DNA of 64,000 nucleotides from Eledone cirrhosa (lineage: Eukaryota): the NCBI GenBank assembly GCA_964016885.1, contig OZ024743.1, positions 317,750,001 to 317,814,000 of the forward strand, given 5' to 3'. The translations under genes were made by a program, and so were the position numbers. Each line of letters begins with the position of its first letter. Position 1 is the stretch's first letter. Shown here piece after piece: positions 29,877 to 42,304 of this stretch. A model generated the notes under the pieces. That model worked only from the letters and a program-made list of their open reading frames with translations. It ran no database searches and had not been told where the DNA came from.

Positions 29877-32162
29877 ATATTGATATACTTTGGGAGGGTC
29901 ATGTTGCCAATAAGAAACACACGCACCAGTTGCTTTCACTTCAATTTATTATAATAAATTTATAAATTTAGGAATTTATAAATTTACGGTTGGTTGGTTG
30001 GTTCCACAACCAGATGATTGTTTATATATTGTCAAAGTTCTTTCGTCACACATTCTGTGACCTCTTCAGTGACTGGGGATTCTTTTCTTCTTTGTTTTTG
30101 TGCCTCTCCTTTGTTCTGTCCTACGCCATCTTGTTTTTGTGTGTGTTGTGTGCTTAGTTTGCGCATGTGTTACATCCGGGTGTCTGTGTGTGTTTATATT
30201 TGTTTATTTATTTGTTTATTCACATGTTACTGGTTGGTTGTTTGTTCTATGTGCGTGTGTGTTTTCATTTTGTCCTTAATTGTAAGTTGTGATGTTGCTG
30301 TTCCATTCATGTTTTCTATTTAATTTTGGTTGGAGTTCATTTATGTTTATTGCCTCTGTGATTTGTCTAAACATTACGTCTTTTCTGTGTGTAGATTCTA
30401 CTTTTATTTCTATGTTCTCTAATTTACCCTTATGTTCTATTTTAGCATGTTTGTAGAGTACAGATGATTTTTTACTATCTTGAAGGTCTCGCCAGTGTTC
30501 ATTTATCCGTTCCCCTATACTACGAGCTGTCTCACCTATGTACACTATATTCTTATCTCTACATTGTCCTTCAGTACATCTTATACTATATACTACATTT
30601 CTAGTTTTACAGTTAATATGGGGGCTTAATTTACAGATTATACATTTCTTATCTATACAGGGAGGTCTTTGAAAAGGGTATGTATTGCTAATAAGTGTTT
30701 TTATGGAGGTACCGGGTCTTTCTACTATCTTAATATTGAGTTTATGTTTATCTAGGGCCCTTCTAAATTTGTAAGCTAATTCACCTCTAGGGGTTGTATC
30801 GATGAACATTACACTCTGGTATTTATTGCTATCATACCATGAGTTTATTCTATTAACCTTATTCCTAGTTCTTTCTATTCTATTCCAAAATTTGCTCCTA
30901 TACAAGGGGCAGGTCCCATTTGTGTCATTATTTCCCATTTTTTCCCATTTGGTTCTGGCTGCTCTATATACTCTGATTTTATCTCTGATTGTAACCAGAG
31001 AACTGCATACGGTGGATGAAGTGTTGTATGTGTCTCTCTAGTTCTTTGGGGTTGCACATGCGGGACACGTTTCTCATCACCCGTACCAAATCCGCAATCA
31101 GTATGTTGATTTTAGTATGGTCCGAAACAGCTGAGTTTCGGTGGATCAGATGTTTGGAAGTCATGGATTTGGCATAATGGGAATGGAGGATTTGTTTTTT
31201 GTTATTAATGGTATCTAACCAGAGCTCTGTGTCTAGTACAGGTAATCGATGGTTGGGGTGTTTGCTTGGGTAGTCTCTCGTAACTCTAATACTCTGGTGG
31301 ATGGAGTAACTATTTGCTGGATGCTTTCCATGGTGTTTTTCTCTAATTCCTGACTGTTCTCTAGTGGGGGTGTTTTTACTACAATGTTTATATCATCAAC
31401 GTAGCGGGAGTACATTATCAGGGTTAAGGGGTTGCTGTCTTCTAATTGTTGTTTAAGTTTAAGTCTATTGTCCCACCATACCATGAATAGGTTAGCTATG
31501 TCACCTGCAATGCTAACACCAATGGCTGCTCCCTCCTCTTGGGCATATGTTTTTCCATTAAATTTGAACATATGTTCCTTAAGGGTTAATTTTATGCTGG
31601 CCCCCACCGCATGTGCAATCATTTTCTTTAGTTCATCGTGGTTTTCGGGGGTCTGTATGGCTCTGGTCCACCCGTTCCATCTATCTGTGTGGGTTTTCTT
31701 GGCCATTGAGGTAATGGTAGGTGGTCTGCCTCTTGCTGGTCTTGTAGGGCACAGGTTGCTAAGGTCATATGTATCTAGATAATCATTACTATAGGTAAGT
31801 TTAAGTAGGAGTCCCAGCTCACTGGTATCAATCCCACGGAATTCAACATTGCTCTCACTTATCATTTCTACGCATTTCTCCACAGCAAAATCCACGTCAG
31901 TAGATAGATACAGGGACACAACATCCATACTACCTATTATGCAGTTTGTTAGGTCCCTAGATCAGTTACTCTCACCGATTCTGCTGAGGAGGTCCTCCGT
32001 GCTGTCAGAATGTGTGACGAAAGAACTTTGACAATATATAAACAATGATCTGGTTGTGGAACCAACCAACCAACCGGAAATTTATAAATTTATTATAATA
32101 AATTGAAGTGAAAGCAACTGGTGCGTGTGTTTCTTATTGGCAACATGACCCTCCCAAAGTAT

Positions 32163-32170
<8 letters not shown>
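29877..32170 (-). mobile_element. Penelope-like element: frameshifted RT and GIY-YIG endonuclease, 3' terminal repeat, inverted partial terminal repeat at the 5' end
   Basis: MDVVSLY, GAAIG, YSRYVDD (31233-31928); CIDKKCIIC, NVVYSIRC...VYIGET (30276-30938); 29877-30057 is the reverse complement of 32006-32170. Confidence 0.92.
30031..30073 (-). ncRNA. Minimal type I hammerhead ribozyme motif in the PLE terminal repeat
   Basis: Minus strand: GTCA CTGAAGA G GTCACA gaatg TGTGAC GAAA GAACTT TGAC. Stem I GTCA/TGAC, intact core, 6-bp stem II. Confidence 0.75.
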
Positions 32171-32203
<33 letters not shown>

Positions 32204-32754
32204 AGCCAGAAATGTGATCACGTAGTGTCACGACAAAAGAACCCAGCACACACTGTAAATGTGGTTGGCGTTAGGAAAAGCATCCAGCTGTAGAAACCAA
32301 GTCAGAAGCAGTTCTGTATGAGCAAGACATGGTCATCTGACCCAACTTGCTTCAAATAGGACAACCCATCTAAAACATGATGGCATGAAAAATAGATATT
32401 AAACGATGATGATGATGATATATATATATACACAATATATATATATTATATGTGAAGGCCACTTATTAGGAGTATCCAATTTTGATCGATCCGAGGCATA
32501 GATATATGTGTATATATATACATATGTGTATGTATCTGTGTATATATATCATAGAGGTGTGTGTAAAAGCATATAGAATATGTTTATTTATATTAACATA
32601 CAAGAGTCTAACTATGATTTTTTTTAAGCCTTGATCATGTCACAGCTATTTCAGTGACAGTGAGAATGCCAGAAAGCTGTTTTGGGACTTTTGACCATCA
32701 TCAGTGGAATTTATTCATTTTGTTTAACCTTCTTTTTTATTTTGTTCTTTACAG

Positions 32755-32849
32755 CTAAAGTATTCTAAAAGTCAAGCTGGCATTTTCTCAGTTGCTTTTG
32801 AAGTTGGAGGTGTACTAGGAAGTGCTTTGATAGGTATTGTTGTGGACAG
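32755..32849 (+). CDS. SLC37/GlpT-like antiporter, exon C
   Basis: tttgttctttacAG acceptor, AG|GTGTGT donor; LKYSKSQAGIFSVAFEVGGVLGSALIGIVVD(R) includes the MFS G...DR loop motif. Confidence 0.92.
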
Positions 32850-33589
32850 GTGTGTTGCAAGTATTTCTTTTAATACATTTTTTTTGTTACTTACTGCATT
32901 GTTTGACATATTAATGAGATTACATTCCATCTGTTAACATGGTTGATTTGAGTTTTAGGTATACACCCTTCCATTTGAAAAATGATATTTACAGTTCACA
33001 CTTTACAGGTTTAGCTGGTATCCCATGAGGTTGATTCTTATAAGTTGGTTCAGGTGATCATGTCTTGCTCATACAGAATTGTTTCTGGGATGGTTTCTAC
33101 TGCTGGATGCTTTTCCTGACGCCAACCACATTTACGGTAGTCTGGATCCTTTTTGTCATGACTCCTACACGATCACATCTTTGGAGCTTACCAATATATA
33201 TCCTGATAAAGATTATAGAAGCTGTAACCGAAAAAGGTTGAGGGAGTTTTTATCCTCAGTAGATTCTGCTATAGACTGTTAAGGCACAGACTGCAGAGCT
33301 CAAAATTTAATAAATTGAGAGAAAATAACCAATTTAAACTTAGAACATAATTTTATTCTACATATGTTTCAATGTATAACAGTGGGCCATACCTCAGTAT
33401 GCATTGGGTATTAGTCCGCCGGTCTATATATCTAAGAGAATTTAAATATTGCGATAAGCATCAACATAAAAACACTCAAAAAGTAATTTCATACCACACA
33501 TCATATATCAAAATATCTGCGACATGAATTTACTTTAATTATATTATATTGTATATATATATATCTAAAAGTCTAAAGTCTGTCTTAAG

Positions 33590-34176
33590 CCAGAAAGCTC
33601 ATTTGGCTGGTGCTTATCCCTGGACATGACGCCAGTCCATCGCAGGGTTAAACCTCCAGCTATTGCTGGTACTCATTTTCAGCTGAGTAAACTGGAGCAA
33701 CGTGAAATAAAGTGTCTTGCTCAAGGAAACAACACATCACCCGGTCCGAGAATTGAACTCACAACCTTTCGATTGCAAGCCTAATGCTCTAACCATTAAA
33801 CCATGCGCCTTCACTATATATATATATATACATACATATACATATATTCATTCATTTCATTTTACGTCCGCTTTTTCCCTGCTTGCAAGGGTGGGACGGG
33901 AACTGATTCTGGCTTGATTTCTACAGCTGGATGCCCTTCCTAACACCAACTTCATTGACAGTGAGTGCTGGGTGCTTTTTTGCCGTGGCAACTCCACGAC
34001 CACTTTGCAGTGGAATGATAGGGACCGCAGTCCCTATCATCTTATTTCTACAGCTGAGTAAACTGGAGCAATGTGAAATAAAGTGTCTTGCTCAAGGAAA
34101 CAACACATCACCCGGTCTGAGAATTGAACTCACAACCTTTCGATTGCAAGGCCAATGCTCTAACCACCATGTGCCT

Positions 34177-34178
<2 letters not shown>
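33590..34178 (-). mobile_element. Two SINE family B-type copies (33590-33812 variant; 33848-34178 full length)
   Basis: Reverse complements of the family B head and CORE-like region; the second has the RTE tail. Confidence 0.85.
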
Positions 34179-34210
<32 letters not shown>

Positions 34211-34212
<2 letters not shown>

Positions 34213-36813
34213 CTTGATGCTTTCGACAGTAAGGAAGAACATTTAGAGTCGGACAATATAGAGGGAGAGTGGGAATTTCTGAAAGCAAACCTGCTGTTGG
34301 CGACAGACGAGGTCTGTGGCTGGAGCAGGCCTGTAGGCAGGAGGAGAGTAACATGGTGGTGGAACAGTAAGGTGGAGGGGTCAATTAAGGCCAAAAAGCA
34401 GGCTTGGAAAGTATGGCGGGATGGGGGAAGTAGAGAGGACTATCAAGTGGCCAGGAGGGAAGCTAGGAGACAAGTGTACTTAGCAAGAAGGGAAGCTGAG
34501 GAAAGAAAGTTCAAGCATGTTCTACAACGCGATGACCAAAAACGTGAGGTGTTCAGGATTACTAGGCAATGCGTCAAGGAAAACCGTGATATTGTCGGGG
34601 AGAAGTGTGTACTAAACGACGATGGCACACTTGCCATCACCGACGCTGATAAGAAGGTAGCTTGGAAGTGTCACTATGAAAGGCTTCTAAATGAGGAGAA
34701 TAATTGGGAGAAAGGCAGTCTCCCCCATATCGACCCAATAGAGGGACCAGCAGTGTTAGTCGAGGGGAGTATAATAAGTAAGGCAATCAAGGATATGAAG
34801 ACTGGTAAGGCGGCTGGGCCTTCGGAAATAGTTGCTGAGATGCTGAAGGCATCTGGCACGGTGGGACACACCATGGTCACCCGCATAGTTAACCAAGTCG
34901 TACAGAATGGGGTTGTTCCGAAGGACTGGCATAGCAGCATCATCGTTAACTGTTATAAGGGTAAAGGAGACGCCCTAGATAGGAGTAACTATAGAGGCAT
35001 TAAATTAATCGACCAGGTCATGAAGGTCACGGAAAGAGTAATAGCGCAACTAATCAGAGAGAGAATTGACCTAGATGAAATGCAGTTCGGGTTTGTGTCA
35101 GGCAAAAGTACCACAGACGCTCTTTTCATAGTACGACAACTACAGGAGAAGTACCTAGCTAAAGGTAAACCCCTCTACTTAGCTTTTGTCGACTTGGAGA
35201 AAGCCTTCGACAGAGTCCCCCGCTCCATTATCTGGTGGGCTCTTAGAAAACTAGGCGTTGACGAATGGCTTGTGAGGGCTATACAAGCCATGTATAAAGA
35301 AACAGTCAGCAAGGTTAGAATTAACAACGAATATAGTGAAGAGTTTAGCGTAAAAGTTGGCGTCCATCAGGGCTCTGTTCTCAGTCCACTACTATTTATT
35401 ATTGCCCTTCAGGCTATAACAGAGGAGTTCAAGACAGGCTGCCCATGGGAACTCCTATACGCAGACGACCTGACACTCATAGCGGAATCAATGGCCGAGC
35501 TAGAGAAGAAATTCCAAACATGGAAGCACGGCCTAGAGTCAAAAGGACTTAAAATTAACCTGGCTAAGACCAAAGTACTAGTTTGTAGGAAAGAAAACAA
35601 GGCGGCGGTCCCTTCTGGGAAATGGTCGTGCTCGGTGTGTAGGAAAGGCGTAGGTAGAAACTCCATTTTATGTCCTAAATGCAAAGTATGGGTGCATAAA
35701 AGATGTAGTGGGATCACAGGTAAGCTAACTAAGAACATAGATTTTACATGTGGCCGGTGCTCTGGTGCAATAAGTAGCAGCAAGTGCCCACAAACTACTA
35801 GCTCTTTCAATTGCGCAGAGGGTTCTATAGAAATAGTGGACAGCTTCCGTTACCTGGGCGATAAAATCAGCAGTGGGGGAGGGTGCTCTGAAAGTACTGT
35901 AGCTAGAGTCAGAACTGGTTGGAAAAAGTTCAGAGAGCTTATACCACTATTAGCTGCTAAAGGGTTCTCACTAAAAATGAAAGGCAGGTTGTACGATGCC
36001 TGCATACGAACAGCAATGCTGCATGGCAGTGAGACCTGGGCATTGTGTGCAGAGGATATACGCAGACTAGAGAGGAACGAAGCTTGCATGCTCCGCTGGA
36101 TGTGTAACAGTAATATACGTGAACGGCAAAGCATAAACGAACTAAGGAAAAAATTAGAGATAAGAGGGATCAGATGTTGTTTACTCGAGAGAAGGCTACG
36201 TTGGTATGGACACGTGATGCGCATGAAAGTCGATAGCTGTATAACAAAGTGCAGGGCAATAAAGATAGACGGTAGTCACGGAATAGGCAGACCTAGAAAA
36301 ACCTGGGACGAGCTGATAAACTCCGACATCACACACTTACACCTCTCCAAGACAATGTCACTGGACCGAGACCTTTGGCGGTACTCAGTAACAGAGAAGA
36401 CCCGCCTTACCTAAATATATAGTAAAACCTACTCCAGCCAGTAGGCATCTCTAACAAAATACACCCCGTCCCACCACCCCCACCCCCACCCGATCCACAC
36501 CACCCCGTTCTATGTAAAGTTATGTTGGTGCCGCGCCATCGAGGCCGAAACAAATGAGATCGTGTAGGTGTCACGACAAAAAAACACACAGTCCACGCTG
36601 TAATGTGGCCGTGTAGGCAACACGGTAAAAACCTCCCAGACCCACACTGTAAACGTGGTTGGTGTTAGGAAGGGCATCCAACTGTAGAAAACCTGCCAGA
36701 CAGTCCTATGCGAGCAAGACAATCACTCTTGCCTCAAGTGGGACTACCCCCGTCCAAACCCATGCAAGCGTGGAACACGGACGTTAAACGTTGATGATGA
36801 TGATGATGATGAT
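34211..36813 (+). mobile_element. Young 5'-truncated RTE-clade LINE with an open RT ORF (to 36414), 3' UTR and (GAT)n tail
   Basis: More than 730 stop-free codons: KGKGD..NYRGI, QFGF, FVDLEKAFD, GVHQGSVLSP, LLYADD, FRYLG, LHGSETW, RLRWYGH, GRPRKTW. The APE domain is missing. Confidence 0.96.
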
Positions 36814-37050
36814 GTGTGTGTGTGTGTGTGAAGGCGTGTGGCTAAGTGGTTAGAGAATTGGATTCACAATCTTGAGGTTGTGAGTTTGATTCCTGGACCG
36901 GGCAATGCGTTATGCCCTTGAGCAAGACACTTTATTTCACGTTGCTCCTTCTACCTGGAGTTGCGACCGGTAGATAGTACTAGCAACTGGAAAGACCGAC
37001 GAAAACATTGTTTCCTCAGTCCGATTTGACGAAAGTCGATCGATAAAAGA

Positions 37051-37087
<37 letters not shown>

Positions 37088-37103
37088 CACACACATACAT
37101 ATA

Positions 37104-38155
37104 CTAGCTGAATTACCCGGCATTGTCCATGTTACTGCTGTTCTTATTCAGATTAGTAAACAATAAATATGAAGATATATTTTTTTTTCTCATAATTATT
37201 TCAAAATATCTATATTTTATTTTTAAAATATCAAAATTGTAATGATAATAGAATTTAGAAATGAAAATCTTGAAGCACTTCAGGGTAAACAATATTCATT
37301 GTGTAATTTTTGTTGGTGTCTAAATGTATAAATTGTTGCTATACACTCGCACACACATACACATACACTCTCATATACATATACTAAGACAGACAGACAC
37401 ATGCAGACATACATTCACGCAGACGCTTGCATAGCTTTTCACCTCATTTTTGGTCAGTCGCTACATATGTGTAGATGTGTCTGTGTGTATTTAATAGTGT
37501 ACCTAATGAACGCGCACGCACACACTCACAGACATATACATATTCATTTACAAAATGTGACGTGTTTTAATCCAAATGAAAATAAAAATTATCACCCATG
37601 CACTCACACACTCACACACACATACACTCTTACATACACTCAAACACATACACTCTCACATATACACTCACTCATCCATACACTCACACACATACACTCT
37701 CACACACATACACTCTTACATACACTCAAACACACACACTCTCATATACTAAGACAGACACACACAGGCATACATTCATGCACACCTTTTACTTGTGTAG
37801 ATGTGTGTATGTCTTTAATTGTCTGTGTGAAGATAATGTGTATATGTATATGTAGATGTGTGTGTGTTTAATTCTCTGAGGCTTAACGTACATAATGAAC
37901 TCGCAAACACACACACACAGACACATACACACTCATATACAAAATGTGACGTCGTCGTGGCTTACTATAGTTCATTATAGAAAGGTTATTTTTAGATAAA
38001 ATGTTATATTGTTTTAATCCAAATGAAAATAAAAATTACATGTTGACACTCCCAGGTTCTAATACTATTACCTTGTAAAATTTGATTTGTTTTGGTGCAG
38101 TGGTTTGAGAATGCATAGGAACAGACAGAGACAAAGAATTTTATTTATATAGAGA
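37104..38155 (-). mobile_element. Non-autonomous Helitron (~1.05 kb)
   Basis: Minus strand starts TCTCTATATAAATAAAA and ends ...GCCGGGTAATTCAGCTAG, inserted between A and T with no TSD; internal CA-rich low-complexity sequence. Confidence 0.75.
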
Positions 38156-38424
38156 TAAACAGGTTATCAGGAAGAACTAGGCAACATTTTTTAAAGTTCA
38201 ATTTGTTTCAATACAGTTATGTAATTGCCTACATGAAATGAAGTGTCTTGCTCAAAAACACAACATGCTTCCTGATCTAGGAATTGAACCCACAACCTTA
38301 TGATCATGAACCAAACACCCTAACGACTGGGCCACCTGCCTCCTGTCTGTTAAAAAAATAAACAAACAAGCAAATAATATTGATAATGTTTATCTCCACT
38401 TCATATCAATGTTAATTAGCTGTT

Positions 38425-38950
38425 ATTATTTTTAACTTCTTGCTGGCCTTGTGCCAAAAGTAGAAACAATTATTTTTAACTTCTGTGGTGGATTAGCAGT
38501 TTCGGTAGAGGGTCGGACTCCATGCTTTGACGCATAGAGTTACAGCCCTTTCCATTCTGAGTTCAAATCCCGCCAAGGTTAACTTTGCCTTTCATCTTTA
38601 CGGGGTCGATAAAATAAAGTACCAGTAATGCACTGGGGTAATTGCTGGCCTTGTGCCAAAAGTAGAAACAATTATTTTTAACTTCTGTGGATTGGCAGTA
38701 TTGGTAGAGGGTCGGACGCCATGCTTCGCAGAATGGAGTTACGGCCCTTTAAGGTCTGATTTCAAATTCCGCCGAGGTTAACTTTGCCTTTCATTCTTAT
38801 GGGGTCGATAAAATAAAGTACCAGTAATGCACTAGGGTAACTGCTGGCCTTGCGCCAAAAGTAGAATCAATTATTTTTAACTTCTGTGCCAAAAGTAAAA
38901 ACAATTATTTGGCCTTGTGCCAAAATTGAAAACAATATTTTAGACTTCTT
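38425..38950 (+). mobile_element. Serial array of SINE family A copies (2 long, 3 short 3' fragments) separated by ATTATTTTTAACTTCT
   Basis: Spacer at 38425, 38469, 38671, 38870 and degenerate near 38935. Confidence 0.88.
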
Positions 38951-38977
38951 TCTTTTTGTTTGTTTTGTTTTTTGTAG

Positions 38978-39138
38978 ATTTTTTTCCAAGGGTCCCCTTT
39001 TTGGAACAGGAATTTCAGTTCTGTTGAGTGCAGTTAGTCTTCTCTTCTTCAACTGGACAAGCCATTGGGGATTATATTTCAACAATATTTTTATGTTTTT
39101 TGCTGGAGCATTTAACTGTGGCCCAGATTCAATATTAG
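38978..39138 (+). CDS. SLC37/GlpT-like antiporter, exon D
   Basis: Poly-T...tgtAG acceptor, G|GTCAGA donor; FFSKGPLFGTGISVLLSAVSLLFFNWTSHWGLYFNNIFMFFAGAFNCGPDSIL; phases match exons C and E. Confidence 0.92.
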
Positions 39139-39208
39139 GTCAGAATTTATATACTTTGTTCTTTTATCAATTATTAAGTACACATGTACTACTTCTGTTG
39201 TTGTTTGC

Positions 39209-39900
39209 TAGGTCTGAAGGAAGGCTACATGCTTTTAACCTTAGGATTGGTCTTTGTCCTTCACCTTATGTTTGGTCTGTATCCTTAACCTTAGGTTGAG
39301 TCCATACCCTTAACCTTAGGAAGGATCTGTGCCCTTAAACTTAAAAAGGGTACGTGCCCATAACTATGTTGGGTCTGAGCCCTTAACCATATGTTAGGTC
39401 TGTACCCTTAACCCTAGGAAGGGTCAGTGCCCTTAACTTAGGAAGGATCTGTGCTTTTAAACTTCGGAAGTGACTTTGCTCTTAATCTTATATTGGGTTG
39501 GTACCCTTAACCTTAGAAAGGGTCTGTGCCCTTAAACTTAGGAAGGGTCTGTGCGCTTAAACTTAGGAAAGGACTTTGCACTTAACCTTATGTTGGGTCT
39601 GTGCCCTCAACTTTAACCGTTAACCTTAGAAAGAGACTGTACCCTTAACCTTATATTGGGTCTGTACCCTTAACCTTATGGTTGGTTTGGACCCTTAGCC
39701 TTAGGAAAGGTCTGTGTCCTTAACTTTATGATTAGTCTGTGCCCTTAACCTTAGAAAGGGTCTGTGCCCTTATTCTTTGGTTGGGTCTGTACCCTTAACC
39801 TTAGAAAGGGTCTGTGTCCTTAACCTTATGTTGGGTCTGTACTCTTAACCTTATGTTGGGTCTGTACCTTTAACCTTAGGTTGGGTCTGTGTCCTTAACT
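39209..39900. repeat. 25-bp degenerate minisatellite (GGGTCTGTACCCTTAACCTTATGTT / ...AGGAA), ~27 units
   Basis: GGGTCTGT recurs every 25 bp (e.g. 39783, 39808, 39833). Confidence 0.9.
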
Positions 39901-41065
39901 TTTACAAACCTTCCTAGACTGATGAGATTGTAGCTTTTGAAGTATAATTTAAATTGTAGCAGGTTGGTTCCTTCAAGAAAGACATGTACAGGGAGGGAAT
40001 TTTAGGGAGCCAACACTCTGGAGAAGACGGACTGGGGGAAGAGGCTAGTGTGGTATGGGCGTGGGGTGGATATCATATGTGTAATGAGAAGAAGAGAGAC
40101 AAGGGAAACAGGAGTGTTTTTGTGGAGGTGCTTTGAAGTCAACCAGATCTGAGAAGGTGAGGCCATTGTGGTATCACCATTAACATCATCATCATCATCG
40201 TTTTTACATCCATTTTTCCACGCGGTCATGGGTTGGACGGGTCCTTTTTGGCACTGCATCTCTCCACACACAACATTCAATCATCATCTCCTCTGTGAGT
40301 CTCAGCAATTTGAGATCAGCTCTTACTACCCCCCGCCACAGTAGAAAAGTTGTTAGAAGAGATAGAACATATTTGGACTAGAGGCTGGAGCATATCTGTC
40401 GGTAACTTTGTCAATCAGACAAGTGACCTTTTTCTGAATGTGGTTGGTGGCAGAAAGAGGTTCTCCAAGCAAAGAGTGGATTGTATGTTACCTACATGAG
40501 AAATGCAATGTTGCATCGCAGTGAGACATGGGAAGTGAATGTGGAAGATGAGTGAAAGATAGAGAGTAACAAATTGAGCATGGTCTGTTGGATATGTGAG
40601 GTTAATATGTCTGAATGATAAACCATGGATGAGCTGATCTCAAGAAACTACACTTCATAAAGGAGATGAGAAAGAAAAAAGACAAAATTAAGGGATGCTG
40701 TACTGAAGATGACTTGTCTAACCCGAGCAAGCATAGAAAATGGATGTAAAACTTATTATGATGAGGAAGATGCTAATGAGGATGATGAAGAAGAAGAAGA
40801 TGCTGTAGTAAATAGTGTTGCTAAATTATTTCACTTTAGATACTCATTATATCTAATCATCATTTTTACACCTGTTTTTCTATGCTTGTATAGGTTGAAC
40901 TGTTTTTTTCTCAGCTAGTAGAATATCTACACCACCTACCCCATCATCATTTCCTACCCAGAAAAGTTTCTATCTATGCCTGTGGGTAGTCACACTAAGG
41001 CATCCCTCCATCTCAACTCTTATACGCACCATGCTATTAAATGACATATATAATCAATACTACAG

Positions 41066-41140
41066 GTGCAGCTGTTCCCTCAAAAATTGGAGAATTAAAT
41101 GGTCGCAATGCAGGAGCTGCTGTTGTAGGTTTTGTTAATG
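41066..41140 (+). CDS. SLC37/GlpT-like antiporter, exon E
   Basis: tacAG acceptor, G|GTAAGT donor; GAAVPSKIGELNGRNAGAAVVGFVN; 75 nt, phase 1-1. Confidence 0.9.
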
Positions 41141-41239
41141 GTAAGTTCCAATATCTTGCTTTAATCTTTACACACTTGAAATGGGGCTTAAGAATGTTGA
41201 ATTATGTGAGTTATCATCATCAGTTTTATTTGTATATCT

Positions 41240-41530
41240 CTGCCTCCAGCCTTGTCGCTTTGGTTGCAAACTTGGGCACCGCTACCCGCAGAGGAGAGGA
41301 AGATAAATAAATACCGGGGCTTGACCAACTGCTTCCTTTTTGTACTAGTTGCTGCCGAGACCTCTTGTGTCCTTGGTCCCCACACTGCTGATTTGCTCTG
41401 TAAAATCAGAAAGACAACAGCCTGCTTGAGGAAGGACCCCATGTGGTAGGGTGGCTGTTGCAGTGGGTGTCACTGGCCATTCTTCATAGCAATGCCTTTA
41501 CCATTCTGTCAGCAGGACATGGCCAAATCA
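41240..41530 (+). pseudogene. Decayed C-terminal RLE fragment of a CRE-like non-LTR element
   Basis: AEERKINKYRGL...AAETSCVLGP followed by LQWVSLAILHSNA (K..KY..L / ET.G..G / QR.S.AI.RGNA pattern). Confidence 0.55.
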
Positions 41531-41611
41531 CAACTTAGACTGGGGTGTAGAGTCTGTCCCTCCCTTTTTTTTCTTTTTTTCCATTTCCTTTTTTTGTTTC
41601 TTTTTTGAGCT

Positions 41612-42304
41612 GTGAATATTACACCAGTTTCACTTTGGAGGTGAATATTACACCAGTTTCAATTTGGAAGTGAATATTACACCAGTTTCACTTTGGAAGT
41701 GAATATTACACCAGTTTGGAGGTGAATATTACACCTGTTTCACTTTGGAGGTGAATATTACACCAAAGTGAAACTGGTGTAATATTCACTTCCAAATATT
41801 ACACCAGTTTCACTTGGGAAGTGAATATTACACCTGTTTCACTTTGGAGGTGAATATTACATCAGTTTCACTTTGGAGGTGAATATTACACCAGTTTCAC
41901 TTTGGAGGTGAATATTACACCAGTTTCACTTTGGAGGTGAATATTACACCAGTTTCACTTTGGAGGTGAATATTACACCAAAGTAAAACTGGTGTAATAT
42001 TCACTTCCAAATATTACACCAGTTTCACTTTGGAAGTGAATATTACACCTGTTTCACTTTGGAGGTGAATATTACACCAGTTTCACTTTAGAGGTGAATA
42101 TTACACCAGTTTCACTTTGGAGGTGAATATTACACCAGTTTCACTTTGGAGGTGAATATTACACCAGTTTCACTTTGGAAGTGAATATTATACCAGTTTC
42201 ACTTTGGAGGTGAATATTACACCAGTTTCACTTTGGAGGTGAATATTACACCTGTTTCACTTTTGAGATGAGTAATATTACATTGGTTTCACTTTTGAGG
42301 TGAA
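41612..42304. repeat. 29-bp minisatellite GTGAATATTACACCAGTTTCACTTTGGAG with two embedded inverted units
   Basis: More than 20 units; reverse-complement segments at 41763-41796 and 41978-42011. Confidence 0.95.

Noticed and set aside
33931-34210. 827-aa ORF as a novel fusion protein
   Set aside because: The first ~93 codons are antisense SINE plus (TA)n read through by chance into a truncated RTE; nothing indicates expression.
39209-39900. Interstitial telomeric repeat
   Set aside because: The period is 25 bp and there are no tandem TTAGGG or TTAGG runs.
41612-42304. 29-bp repeats as a CRISPR array
   Set aside because: Units are contiguous with no unique spacers.
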